From Clostridium sp. KNHs214 (lineage in GTDB: Bacteria; Bacillota; Clostridia; Clostridiales; Clostridiaceae): a stretch of DNA of 24,000 bases. The DNA lies in assembly GCF_000744935.1 (NCBI RefSeq), contig NZ_JQMW01000004.1, positions 86,869-110,868 of the forward strand, written 5' to 3'. Position numbers and translations under genes: made by a program. Below the pieces are notes generated by a model that saw only the letters and a program-made list of their open reading frames with translations, did no database searches and had not been told where the DNA came from. Of this stretch, positions 1 through 7,044 are shown one piece after another (position 1 is the first letter of the stretch; each line of letters starts with the position of its first letter).

Positions 1-163
1 AGCAGATTCCCTGTCCATCTTCATTTACAGGGCAGCCGTATGTACAGGTATATTTGTCCCCCACTTCCTCTCCATTTCTGCAATATCTTTCAGTGTGGTC
101 ACTGCGAAGAAAACCTGTAACTTCAATTTCCCATTCATATTCTTCGTCATACCATTTTTTCAC
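1..163 (-). CDS. Small Cys-rich protein, N-terminal 54 codons only (gene runs off the left edge); resembles the TIGR04076-type family
   Basis: Absent from the ORF track because it is edge-truncated. The minus strand reads GTG(163-161) AAA AAA TGG... = (M)KKWYDEEYEWEIEVTGFLRSDHTERYCRNGEEVGDKYTCTYGCPVNEDGQGIC, open to position 1. An AAGGAGGG Shine-Dalgarno lies 8 nt upstream. The family name is recalled from the GDxY..C..GCP motif, not searched. Confidence 0.55.
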   Translation of the reverse strand, partial: MKKWYDEEYEWEIEVTGFLRSDHTERYCRNGEEVGDKYTCTYGCPVNEDGQGIC

Positions 164-330
164 ACTTCCACCCTCCTTTCCATTTTACTTCTATCTATAT
201 AATACATAAACTTCAATAAAAATACAACATTGATTCAAGTATTTGTTGAAAGCTTCTCAATTTATTTTTATACCTTTATTTTTAAGTTCCGATGCTTTCA
301 AAATAATCAACTCCTTTGTATTTTTAGGCA

Positions 331-358
331 AGAAAAAAACAGGGTTTAATTTCCCTGT
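331..358 (-). terminator. Rho-independent terminator after the toxin gene
   Basis: Minus-strand RNA reads ACAGGG-AAAUUAAA-CCCUGU followed by UUUUUUCU. It begins 12 nt after the stop at 371. Confidence 0.6.
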
Positions 359-370
359 TAATGACTTAAT

Positions 371-685
371 CTATAATAAATTTATCCAATCTCTTCTACT
401 ATATAATATTCTAATAATTGTAACTGTTTTACTCTCCTCAGTCACAATATAAAATACAATATAGTTATCCACCATAATTTTTCGTATACCTTTATAAGCA
501 AGTCTATCATCATCTACTAATGCATTCCTTAGTGGTATACCTTCTAAAGGATTAATTCCTTTAGCAATTTTTGAAATTACCTTTTTTGCAGTTTCAGGTT
601 CTAAAAGTTCTTTAGATATATATGCACCAATCTCATATAAATTTTTTTCAGCGGGTTCAGTAATTTGAATATCATACATACTCAT
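371..685 (-). CDS. Type II toxin, RelE/ParE family (104 aa)
   Basis: Size and sequence pattern (MSMYDIQITEPAEKNL...VDNYIVFYIV...TVTIIRILYSRRD) are typical of RelE/ParE. The start lies 1 nt after the stop of the upstream Phd/YefM-like gene. Confidence 0.85.
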   Translation of the reverse strand: MSMYDIQITEPAEKNLYEIGAYISKELLEPETAKKVISKIAKGINPLEGIPLRNALVDDDRLAYKGIRKIMVDNYIVFYIVTEESKTVTIIRILYSRRDWINLL

Positions 686-686
686 T

Positions 687-944
687 TTATAAATCCTTCT
701 CTATATCAGCCAATGCTTCTTTAAACGGTCTAACTTTTTTCTTTTGCATAGCATCAACACCCTCGTCAAGCAATTTATACAGCTCAAATTTGCCTACAAG
801 CTTTTCATAGGTTTCAATGCTCATAACCACTAAATCTCCCTGCCCATTCTTTGTTATATAAACTGGTTCTTTATACTTATGACAAAATGCTGATATTTCA
901 CTATAATTATTTCTTAAATCTGAACTCGGTCTTATTGATGGCAT
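687..944 (-). CDS. Type II antitoxin, Phd/YefM family (85 aa)
   Basis: MPSIRPSSDLRNNYSEISAFCHKYKEPVYITKNGQGDLVVMSIETYEKL is the classic Phd/YefM N-terminal fold signature. I moved the start from the track's GTG (953) to ATG at 944 because AGGAGG (958-953) sits 8 nt upstream of it. Confidence 0.85.
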   Translation of the reverse strand: MPSIRPSSDLRNNYSEISAFCHKYKEPVYITKNGQGDLVVMSIETYEKLVGKFELYKLLDEGVDAMQKKKVRPFKEALADIEKDL

Positions 945-960
945 AACATACACCTCCTGA

Positions 961-1003
961 TTAATATATCAATATTATATCACTTTATTGATATATTAAT
1001 CAA
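961..1003 (-). promoter_or_regulatory. TA-operon promoter overlapped by a 14-bp perfect inverted-repeat operator
   Basis: Inverted repeat TTAATATATCAATA (961-974) / TATTGATATATTAA (986-999) with an 11-bp spacer. Minus-strand promoter: -35 TTGATT (1003-998), 18-nt spacer, extended -10 TGATATAAT (982-974). Confidence 0.55.
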
Positions 1004-1031
1004 TATTCTGTCGTAAATCAACTTTTTTTAT

Positions 1032-1169
1032 TTATGGTGTCACTACGGGTTCACTAGGTACCGCAGTAAACCATCCACTAATAATTGTTGCGTCCACCTC
1101 AACGCCATCCTCATCAGCAATAAATCTATATTGACCATCAGCTTCCCTTAGGTAAAACTTAGAAAACAT
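1032..1169 (-). pseudogene. Orphan C-terminal gene fragment reading out of the degenerate MITE copy
   Basis: 45-codon frame MFSKFYLREADGQYRFIADEDGVEVDATIISGWFTAVPSEPVVTP*. Its ATG lies inside the repeat. The body is locally GC-richer and looks like real coding sequence, but has no recognisable family and no upstream part. Confidence 0.3.
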
Positions 1170-1200
1170 ACGTTTCCAGTTTATGTCATGACCCTGGGGT
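1160..1200 (+). mobile_element. MITE copy 1: degenerate, left half only
   Basis: TA GAAAACATACGTTTCCAGTTTATGTCATGACCCTGGGGT matches the family consensus through the central palindrome, then diverges. Hairpin 2 and the right end are missing. Confidence 0.6.
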
Positions 1201-1239
1201 CATAGCCATGTTGTATTTACAAAATTATTATCTAAAATA

Positions 1240-1953
1240 TTATTCAATATAATCTATAACTTTTGCTGGACAAGAAAGAATTGTTTGCTGAAGCCTCTCT
1301 CTGTCTATATCTACATCATAAGATTTAATATATGCCTTTTTACCTTGCATACCAAAAATCTCGGGATAATTTCTGCTGCATATTGTACATCCCATACAAG
1401 CTTCCCTGTTTAACGAAAGTCCCCTTGCTTTTTCTTCTTTTTGTGCTAGATCTTCATCTTTTATAATCTTTGAAGCAATCCACGAAAATACTACTATAGC
1501 AATTACAGTTAATACCCAACGAATTGCCATAAACTTTATACCCAAAAACTTTACTTCGTTTAATAGCATTGGAACCTTTATTACTGCCCAGGAACTTAAG
1601 ATTATAACTAGATTTCGTATAGATGCCCCTTTTTTGTGAAGCATTACGCACATAGGAAATGCTGCATATATGGGTCCCGCAGATATGCTACCTAAAACAA
1701 ACGACAATATGATACCTTTAACCTTGGATTCTTTTCCTAAGTATTTTGAAATTTTTTCTTTTGCAATCCATGTATCCAAAAGCGCAGTAAGAATAAATAT
1801 CACTGGCATTATCATAAGCATTTCTTTTATATAATAGGCACTGTTTTTAATTGATGTAACACCCATAGATGGTTTAGTTACAAACATTATAATATAGGCA
1901 GCTATAACCATTACCAAAAAAGTATTATCTTTTGCTTTCTTTAAGATTTTCAT
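1240..1953 (-). CDS. Permease-family membrane protein (second half of a split permease) with a C-terminal ferredoxin-like Cys cluster
   Basis: Multi-TM sequence with LGSISAGPIYAAFPMCVMLHKKGA. The tail ...CMGCTICSRNYPEIF...LSCPAKVI looks like a small Fe-S ferredoxin domain. Overlaps the upstream permease gene by 4 nt. Confidence 0.8.
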   Translation of the reverse strand: MKILKKAKDNTFLVMVIAAYIIMFVTKPSMGVTSIKNSAYYIKEMLMIMPVIFILTALLDTWIAKEKISKYLGKESKVKGIILSFVLGSISAGPIYAAFPMCVMLHKKGASIRNLVIILSSWAVIKVPMLLNEVKFLGIKFMAIRWVLTVIAIVVFSWIASKIIKDEDLAQKEEKARGLSLNREACMGCTICSRNYPEIFGMQGKKAYIKSYDVDIDRERLQQTILSCPAKVIDYIE

Positions 1954-2432
1954 ACAATCACCCCCATTACCATAGCAATCATTATGGCAAATAAAAAACT
2001 TAATCCATTTCTCGTGGCAGTAAATTTAAGCCCAAATTCACGCTTTTCAAGTGGAAATGTTGCGATTCCTACCATAGTAAGTGTAGTTAAAAATGCCACA
2101 GAAGGAACTATACTAACCCCGGCATCAACCAATGTTCCAACAAGCGGAAAAGCAATAAAGGCAGGAATCAGAGTAACTGTTCCAAATACCGCCGAACCCA
2201 CCGTTGCTATGAGCAATGATTGACCTCCTACAAATTTGGCAATATTTTCTGGCGGTAATATTGTTAGAATTAAGCCAATTAAAAAAATAATTGATAAGAT
2301 GCTTCCCAGCATACCCTTGCCCATACCAAATGCCATTTTAAGTGCTTTCAATGTCTTAGATTTATCCTTTTTTATAGAAATCAAAAGGAATATGATTGTT
2401 CCTATCCACATTGCTGCTGTAAAAATATCCAT
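1950..2432 (-). CDS. Permease-family membrane protein (first half of the split permease)
   Basis: Hydrophobic multi-TM ORF. Start moved to ATG at 2432 (MDIFTAAMW...) because GGAGGA lies about 5 nt upstream. The track start (2462) has no RBS. Confidence 0.8.
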   Translation of the reverse strand: MDIFTAAMWIGTIIFLLISIKKDKSKTLKALKMAFGMGKGMLGSILSIIFLIGLILTILPPENIAKFVGGQSLLIATVGSAVFGTVTLIPAFIAFPLVGTLVDAGVSIVPSVAFLTTLTMVGIATFPLEKREFGLKFTATRNGLSFLFAIMIAMVMGVIV

Positions 2433-2490
2433 ACAAATCCTCCATTCTTTTTGTAATAACATAATTATAAATTACTTTATTATGTTCAAA

Positions 2491-2519
2491 TAGACACCGA
2501 TGTTTCTTTTTGATATAAT
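2491..2519 (+). promoter_or_regulatory. Sigma-A-type promoter for the Crp/Fnr gene
   Basis: -35 TAGACA (2491-2496), 17-nt spacer, extended -10 TGATATAAT (2511-2519). Confidence 0.55.
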
Positions 2520-2545
2520 ATTTAAAAATGGAGGACTTAATTAAT

Positions 2546-3196
2546 ATGAATATTGACGTTTTACGAAACATTTCATTATTTTCAACTGTAAGGGAACCTG
2601 ATTTAGAAAGACTAATAGCAAGTAATCATATTTATCAAAAACACTATATGAAAGGCGTAACCGTTCATAATGCAAATGAAACTTGCCAAACATTAGATAT
2701 TGTATTATCAGGAAGTTTAGTTGCATACTCTTTATCAACCAACGGTTCATCGACTACGATGTTTGAATTTAGTAAGGGAAGTATGCTCGGAACAAATTTA
2801 TTATTTGATGAAAGCCACGATTACCCTCTTAATATCTATTGTCTTACAGATTGTCAAATTATCCACATTGACATAAATGCTGTATTAGAATTCTTGCACG
2901 ACTACAATTTTACATTGCATTATATAAGGTCACTCTCACATAATTCGCAAGGAATAAATCAGAAGATAGCAATGTTTACACAACGAACTCTTAGAGAAAA
3001 TATTATGAATTATCTTAAACAGCAAACCATCATACAGAAATCTTCAGTAATTCTGCTTCCAATGAGTAAAAGGCAACTCGCAGATTATTTCGGTGTGCAA
3101 AGACCTTCTCTGTTTAGAGAACTTAAAAAATTAAAAGAAGAAGGTATTATTGAAATTAATAACCGTACAATCGCAATAAAAAAATATAAATATTAA
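2546..3196 (+). CDS. Crp/Fnr-family transcriptional regulator
   Basis: N-terminal cNMP-binding-like beta-roll region plus a C-terminal HTH (SKRQLADYFGVQRPSLFRELKKLKEEGII). Start set at ATG 2546: GGAGG at 2530-2534 is 11 nt upstream, and the track ATG at 2528 overlaps that RBS. Confidence 0.85.
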   Translation: MNIDVLRNISLFSTVREPDLERLIASNHIYQKHYMKGVTVHNANETCQTLDIVLSGSLVAYSLSTNGSSTTMFEFSKGSMLGTNLLFDESHDYPLNIYCLTDCQIIHIDINAVLEFLHDYNFTLHYIRSLSHNSQGINQKIAMFTQRTLRENIMNYLKQQTIIQKSSVILLPMSKRQLADYFGVQRPSLFRELKKLKEEGIIEINNRTIAIKKYKY

Positions 3197-3226
3197 ACAA
3201 CTTTATACATAATTAATATATTGACT

Positions 3227-3912
3227 TTACACATTAAATAAAAAAAGCACATATCTTAGTATAAAATCAAAAACATCAAGTTCTTCTTCTATTTTCTGTC
3301 CATCTTCATGCCTTTCATAAACAAAAGTTACCTTTTCACCATCATATCTTTTTATTCTTGATTCAGCTATTACTGGCCTTGCAGTATATCTTCCAACATA
3401 TCTTCCTGCTTCCTTTGCTGTTTTTATTTTTCCTTTTCCATATACATAAAATCCATTTTTTAATTTTTTATACAGTTCATTTTTTAATTTTTTAAACTTC
3501 TTTCTGTCACTCTCAAGGTTATTTCCTATCTCATCTAACAATATTTTCTGCCATCTTTTTCTTAATGCTGTATAGTTTATATGCTTGATATTTTTCCAGG
3601 CTGTAATTTCACCTGCCCCACCTTCGGTAACAATCAAATGCACATGGGGATTCCACTTTAAATCTCTACCAAAAGTATGAATAACTGATATTATTCCTGG
3701 AGTAAAACATTCTTTTTTATTTAAATCTTTAAACCAACTCTCTTAATTTCTCCACAACTCTCACAGTTAAATTCAATAAACCCTTTGTCTAGCGATCCAC
3801 AGTTAATCATTTTGTAAACTTCTCTATCTATGTTAGCTCTAATTTTGCCCTTATTGATTTCACGGAATTTTTCCCAATTATCAACAAATATTTGTTTTAT
3901 TACTCCACGCAT
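3227..3912 (-). pseudogene. IS91-family (Y2 HUH rolling-circle) transposase, decayed
   Basis: 3721-3912 encodes the N-terminal zinc-binding domain (...MINCGSLDKGFIEFNCESCGEIKRV). After an internal deletion, 3227-3700 encodes ...ISVIHTFGRDLKWNPHVHLIVTEGG...YVGRYTARPVIAESRI..., the catalytic-domain core. The C-terminus is missing. Confidence 0.8.
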
Positions 3913-3938
3913 TTATATCAATCCTATTCTAATTTTAG

Positions 3939-3972
3939 AAATAAAAAAGAACCTACCCCAAATAGTAAGTTC
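3939..3972 (-). terminator. Rho-independent terminator
   Basis: Minus-strand GAACUUAC-UAUUUGGG-GUAGGUUC (8 bp, one U.G pair) followed by UUUUUUAUUU. Confidence 0.55.
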
Positions 3973-3996
3973 CTTAAATTATTTCATAATCATTAT

Positions 3997-4087
3997 TAGC
4001 ACACATAAACTTCCAGTTTATGTCACGACCCCTAGGGTACTGCCAGAAAAAGGTTGTAGCAGAGCGAAAAACTTTTTCTGGGTTCTA
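3997..4087 (+). mobile_element. MITE copy 2 (full length, with flanking TA..TA)
   Basis: TA|GCACACATAAACTTCCAGTTTATGTCACGACCCCTAGGGTACTGCCAGAAAAAGGTTGTAGCAGAGCGAAAAACTTTTTCTGGGTTC|TA. Confidence 0.8.
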
Positions 4088-4249
4088 ATTATTCTTTGAA
4101 ATATTATAGGTCATCAGCCGAATACACTTAGCCTTCTTAAAATCTTCTACCACTTCTTTATAATTAACAAAGTCTCTACCTACAACAATTTCCCCGCCTT
4201 AATACGGTATATTCATTTTCATAAAATAACATTATCCTTCTTTTAAAAA

Positions 4250-4795
4250 CTATTCTTGTTTCATATTAAGAATCATTCCATCTTGAATTTCAAACTTTGT
4301 TTTAAAGTACGTTCTATTTTGACAATATCTCAAAATGATTTCACGCACATAATTGCGAGTGCAATAACTTTCTTCTACAATCTTATTTCCATTGTTATCT
4401 TCTTTTTCACGTGTAAAAAGTTTCATTTCTTCCCATGCATCTTTAATAGAAGTTACAAGCTCTTCGCTTAATTCAAGGTGTGAAAGAATTGTAGCATTAA
4501 GTTCCTGAGCCTTAATTTCTTTAATTTTTTCAAACTCACTAAGTTGTTTAAGTTCTGCTTCAATTGCTTTTGTATATGTATTCATATTTTCTTCTCCTAA
4601 TAATAAGTAGTCAGGAGTTACATCTAAAGTTTTTGCTAATTCAAGTAAATACACTGCTACCGGCTCATTATTCCCCTGTTCGTAATTTCTGATAGTTTGA
4701 ACAGAAATTTTTGTTATTTTAGCAAGTTCTTCTTGAGTATAGCATCTTTCTTTGCGAATTCTTTTTAAGCGCGCTGCAAAGACTTCTTTTTCCAT
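4250..4795 (-). CDS. XRE-family HTH protein with an uncharacterised ~110-aa C-terminal domain
   Basis: FAARLKRIRKERCYTQEELAKITKISVQTIRNYEQG is a canonical XRE HTH. Start placed at ATG 4795 (MEKEVFAARL), which follows GGAGGTGCAGGAAG. The track's TTG at 4831 is less likely. Confidence 0.75.
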   Translation of the reverse strand: MEKEVFAARLKRIRKERCYTQEELAKITKISVQTIRNYEQGNNEPVAVYLLELAKTLDVTPDYLLLGEENMNTYTKAIEAELKQLSEFEKIKEIKAQELNATILSHLELSEELVTSIKDAWEEMKLFTREKEDNNGNKIVEESYCTRNYVREIILRYCQNRTYFKTKFEIQDGMILNMKQE

Positions 4796-4879
4796 AACTT
4801 CCTGCACCTCCAGTATTGCATATTGCAACACAAAATTGACTACCCAAGTATTAGTAGTAACGAAAAAATCGACAAGTAT

Positions 4880-5062
4880 TTATCTTCCTTTTATGTATTT
4901 TCCGCTTTTAATTCTCTGATCATCCGGCTTCTCCGCATCGTCAGGAATGGCCCAATATGAGCCAACTTTCATCGCTCCTGGAATACGATCCTCCGAACAT
5001 AATACCTGGATCCTTCTAACGGAGATGCCCCACTTTTCAGATGTCTGTTTTATTGATAGCAA
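4880..5062 (-). CDS. Small MerR/excisionase-type HTH DNA-binding protein, native start split off by MITE copy 3
   Basis: LSIKQTSEKWGISVRRIQVLCSEDRIPGAMKVGSYWAIPDDAEKPDDQRIKSGKY matches small HTH proteins common in Firmicutes mobile DNA. The track start is a TTG inside the MITE (5062-5060). The original ATG AAA G lies at 5154-5148, on the other side of the MITE. Confidence 0.7.
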   Translation of the reverse strand: MLSIKQTSEKWGISVRRIQVLCSEDRIPGAMKVGSYWAIPDDAEKPDDQRIKSGKYIKGR

Positions 5063-5147
5063 ACATAAACTTCCAGTTTATGTCACGACCCCTGGGGTTG
5101 TTCCAGAAAAAGGCTGAAGTGAAACGGAAGACTTTTTCTGGTTTCTA
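5057..5147 (+). mobile_element. MITE copy 3 (full length, TA..TA)
   Basis: TA|GCAAACATAAACTTCCAGTTTATGTCACGACCCCTGGGGTTGTTCCAGAAAAAGGCTGAAGTGAAACGGAAGACTTTTTCTGGTTTC|TA. Deleting it plus one TA restores ATG AAA GTA TCA ATA AAA CAG... Confidence 0.85.
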
Positions 5148-5177
5148 CTTTCATTTATAAAATTTATGTTTCATTAA

Positions 5178-6107
5178 TTATTTATCATTTACTATAAGCT
5201 TCATATCCATAAGCTCAAGCCCCTTTAAAAATCCCAAATTATGATATACATTTTCAGCTTCATTTTCCACATCTACATATAACCTAAGTACTGGATACTC
5301 TTCCTTTAAAACTGATAATGCTTTTTTTAGCATTTTAGTTCCAAGCCCTCTGCCTGCATAGCTTGGCTTAACAGCTACTTCCCATACTAGCGGCCATTCC
5401 TGCCATAAAGATATTAAGCAAACTCCTACTAATTCTTTAGTTTTCTCATCATATATAAGTGTAGAAGCTTTATTTAAAATTTCTATATGATAATTATCTT
5501 TAAAATAATCTTCAATCCACGAAGCACGCTCTTCTACACTATATGTGGAATTTGATCCTACATCATTTTGAAATGCTTCAAATATTAATTGTGCAACTTC
5601 TAATTTGTTCTGTTCTTTAGGCAAAATAATATTAAAATCACCTTCCCAAATGACGTTAAACTCTTCAGTTGGTCTTATCATCCAGCAACCACTCTCGACT
5701 TTTACAAAACCTATTTTTTCATATATATCTATCTGTGATGGATTAACTACAGATGCTTCTATATCTTTATTTACATCTGACCAATAAACTAAAATCTCTT
5801 TTAGTTTTTTTAATAATTCATATTCATCTGAATAAGGTGGGATAACAAATAATTCACCTATAAGGTTTGGTTCTATAAGAACTCCACCAACTTTAAGCCC
5901 ATCTTTCATTATCCAAAAATAATCATCATCTTTACAAACTGTAGAACGCATAATATCAAAGCTCTTCTTAAACCATCCATTAGCCTTTTGTAACCCATGA
6001 TAAACTGCATGATATTTAGAAAACTCTATGTAATCTACTCTTTCTAATACAAACCCATCACCTAAATCATATTTTATTGTTTCTTTTGACCATTTTTCAA
6101 AATTCAT
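5178..6107 (-). CDS. GNAT-family N-acetyltransferase, two-lobed (309 aa)
   Basis: C-terminal acetyl-CoA motif VAVKPSYAGRGLGTKMLKKAL...NVYHNLGF. The N-terminal half has a second GNAT-like beta-alpha pattern. RBS GGGGGGAAAG lies upstream. Confidence 0.8.
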   Translation of the reverse strand: MNFEKWSKETIKYDLGDGFVLERVDYIEFSKYHAVYHGLQKANGWFKKSFDIMRSTVCKDDDYFWIMKDGLKVGGVLIEPNLIGELFVIPPYSDEYELLKKLKEILVYWSDVNKDIEASVVNPSQIDIYEKIGFVKVESGCWMIRPTEEFNVIWEGDFNIILPKEQNKLEVAQLIFEAFQNDVGSNSTYSVEERASWIEDYFKDNYHIEILNKASTLIYDEKTKELVGVCLISLWQEWPLVWEVAVKPSYAGRGLGTKMLKKALSVLKEEYPVLRLYVDVENEAENVYHNLGFLKGLELMDMKLIVNDK

Positions 6108-6242
6108 AGCTTTCCCCCCATATAGGGACGGTTATCAAATTTTTATAGCTTCAATTTTGAGAACCGCCCCCTACCCTCATAATTTTCTTGAACTATACAG
6201 TAGCATATGTGATATTTCCACTAATCTCTTCGTTATTTAAAA

Positions 6243-6818
6243 CTATAAATTATTAGAAAAATATACATCTGTAATTGATTTTCCTTTATAATCCTTAGGT
6301 AAAATATCCATATACACTTCATCAAAAGCCTTTCCACCTATAAAATGAGATTCACGCCTTCTTCCAAATTCCTTGAAACCAACTTTTTTATACATTTGTA
6401 TTGCTTTATTATTATGAGAATAAACAACTACCATCACATTATGTAGGTTTAATATGTTAAAGCAATAATCTACAATAAGCTGCATTGCTTCAACACCATA
6501 CCCTTTACATCTGAAATTCTCATCACCTATTAAAATAGCTAATTCCGTTGACCTATCTACAGAGCATACTTCTTTAAGCCAACAAAATCCAATTAACTTA
6601 TCTTCTTTTAAATCAACTATTGAAAAATGATTACCTTGGCTACTATAATGTTTTCCAAAAAATTCTTTAGTTCTTTCTATAGAATAATTGCCTGCTGCAT
6701 CTCCAAGCCCAATAGCTGTATTCATGTCTGTAAACCATTCTGCAAATTTTTCATGATCATCATAAACCATTTGTGCCAAATAACACTTTTCACCGATTAA
6801 TTTTTTTAAATATTTCAT
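6243..6818 (-). CDS. GNAT-family N-acetyltransferase, RimJ/RimL-like (191 aa)
   Basis: ELAILIGDENFRCKGYGVEAMQLIVDYCF...NNKAIQMYKKVGFKEFGRRRES is the typical RimJ/L-type GNAT core. Confidence 0.85.
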   Translation of the reverse strand: MKYLKKLIGEKCYLAQMVYDDHEKFAEWFTDMNTAIGLGDAAGNYSIERTKEFFGKHYSSQGNHFSIVDLKEDKLIGFCWLKEVCSVDRSTELAILIGDENFRCKGYGVEAMQLIVDYCFNILNLHNVMVVVYSHNNKAIQMYKKVGFKEFGRRRESHFIGGKAFDEVYMDILPKDYKGKSITDVYFSNNL

Positions 6819-6942
6819 GTAACTATTCAGTTATCCTAAATAATTACTATTTTTAACAAGCTTGCTTATATAATTATATCATGCTATATTACATTAATGT
6901 ATTAATTTAATTAAATATTATAAATATTTCCTATAGATTTAT

Positions 6943-6991
6943 AAAATAAAAAAACCTTACTTTCAAATTTTTATGTATCTAACAGTAAGGT
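6943..6991 (-). terminator. Possible terminator (large loop)
   Basis: Minus-strand ACCUUACU-N22-AGUAAGGU followed by UUUUUUUAUUUU. The 22-nt loop weakens the call. Confidence 0.35.
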
Positions 6992-7005
6992 GTTGGTATT
7001 AAATT

Positions 7006-7044
7006 TAGCAAACATGAACTTCCAGTTTATGTCACGACCCCTGG
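7006..7044 (+). mobile_element. MITE copy 4, left part (interrupted by the IS)
   Basis: TA|GCAAACATGAACTTCCAGTTTATGTCACGACCCCTGG, then the IS inverted repeat begins at 7045. Confidence 0.8.

Noticed and set aside
243-452. Plus-strand ORF of 69 aa.
   Set aside because: Low-complexity, AT-driven sequence that overlaps the terminator and the 3' end of the RelE/ParE gene on the opposite strand. No RBS.
1160-1200. Copy 1 as a hybrid att site, implying site-specific crossover within the central CCCTGGGG palindrome (for example by the serine recombinase).
   Set aside because: It is a single degenerate half copy, no reciprocal right-half copy was found, and simple truncation or deletion is equally consistent.
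1454-2750. Track ORFs 1454-1651(-), 1984-2223(+), 2236-2493(+), 2362-2571(-), 2541-2750(-).
   Set aside because: These are shadow or alternative-frame ORFs inside or antisense to the permease and Crp/Fnr genes. They have implausible composition and no RBS.
3227-4087. The repeats as ori/ter ends left by IS91-type rolling-circle gene capture.
   Set aside because: The repeats have their own inverted termini and TA duplications and insert cleanly, as copy 3 shows. Only one copy is near the IS91 remnant.
5063-5083. Hairpin 1 (…CATAAAC TTCCA GTTTATGTCA…) as a dif/Xer-like site, since it shares the CATAA...TTATGT flavour of dif arms.
   Set aside because: Aligning the conserved CATAA and TTATGT blocks leaves a 9-nt central region instead of 6. 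The outer arm positions match the dif consensus poorly.
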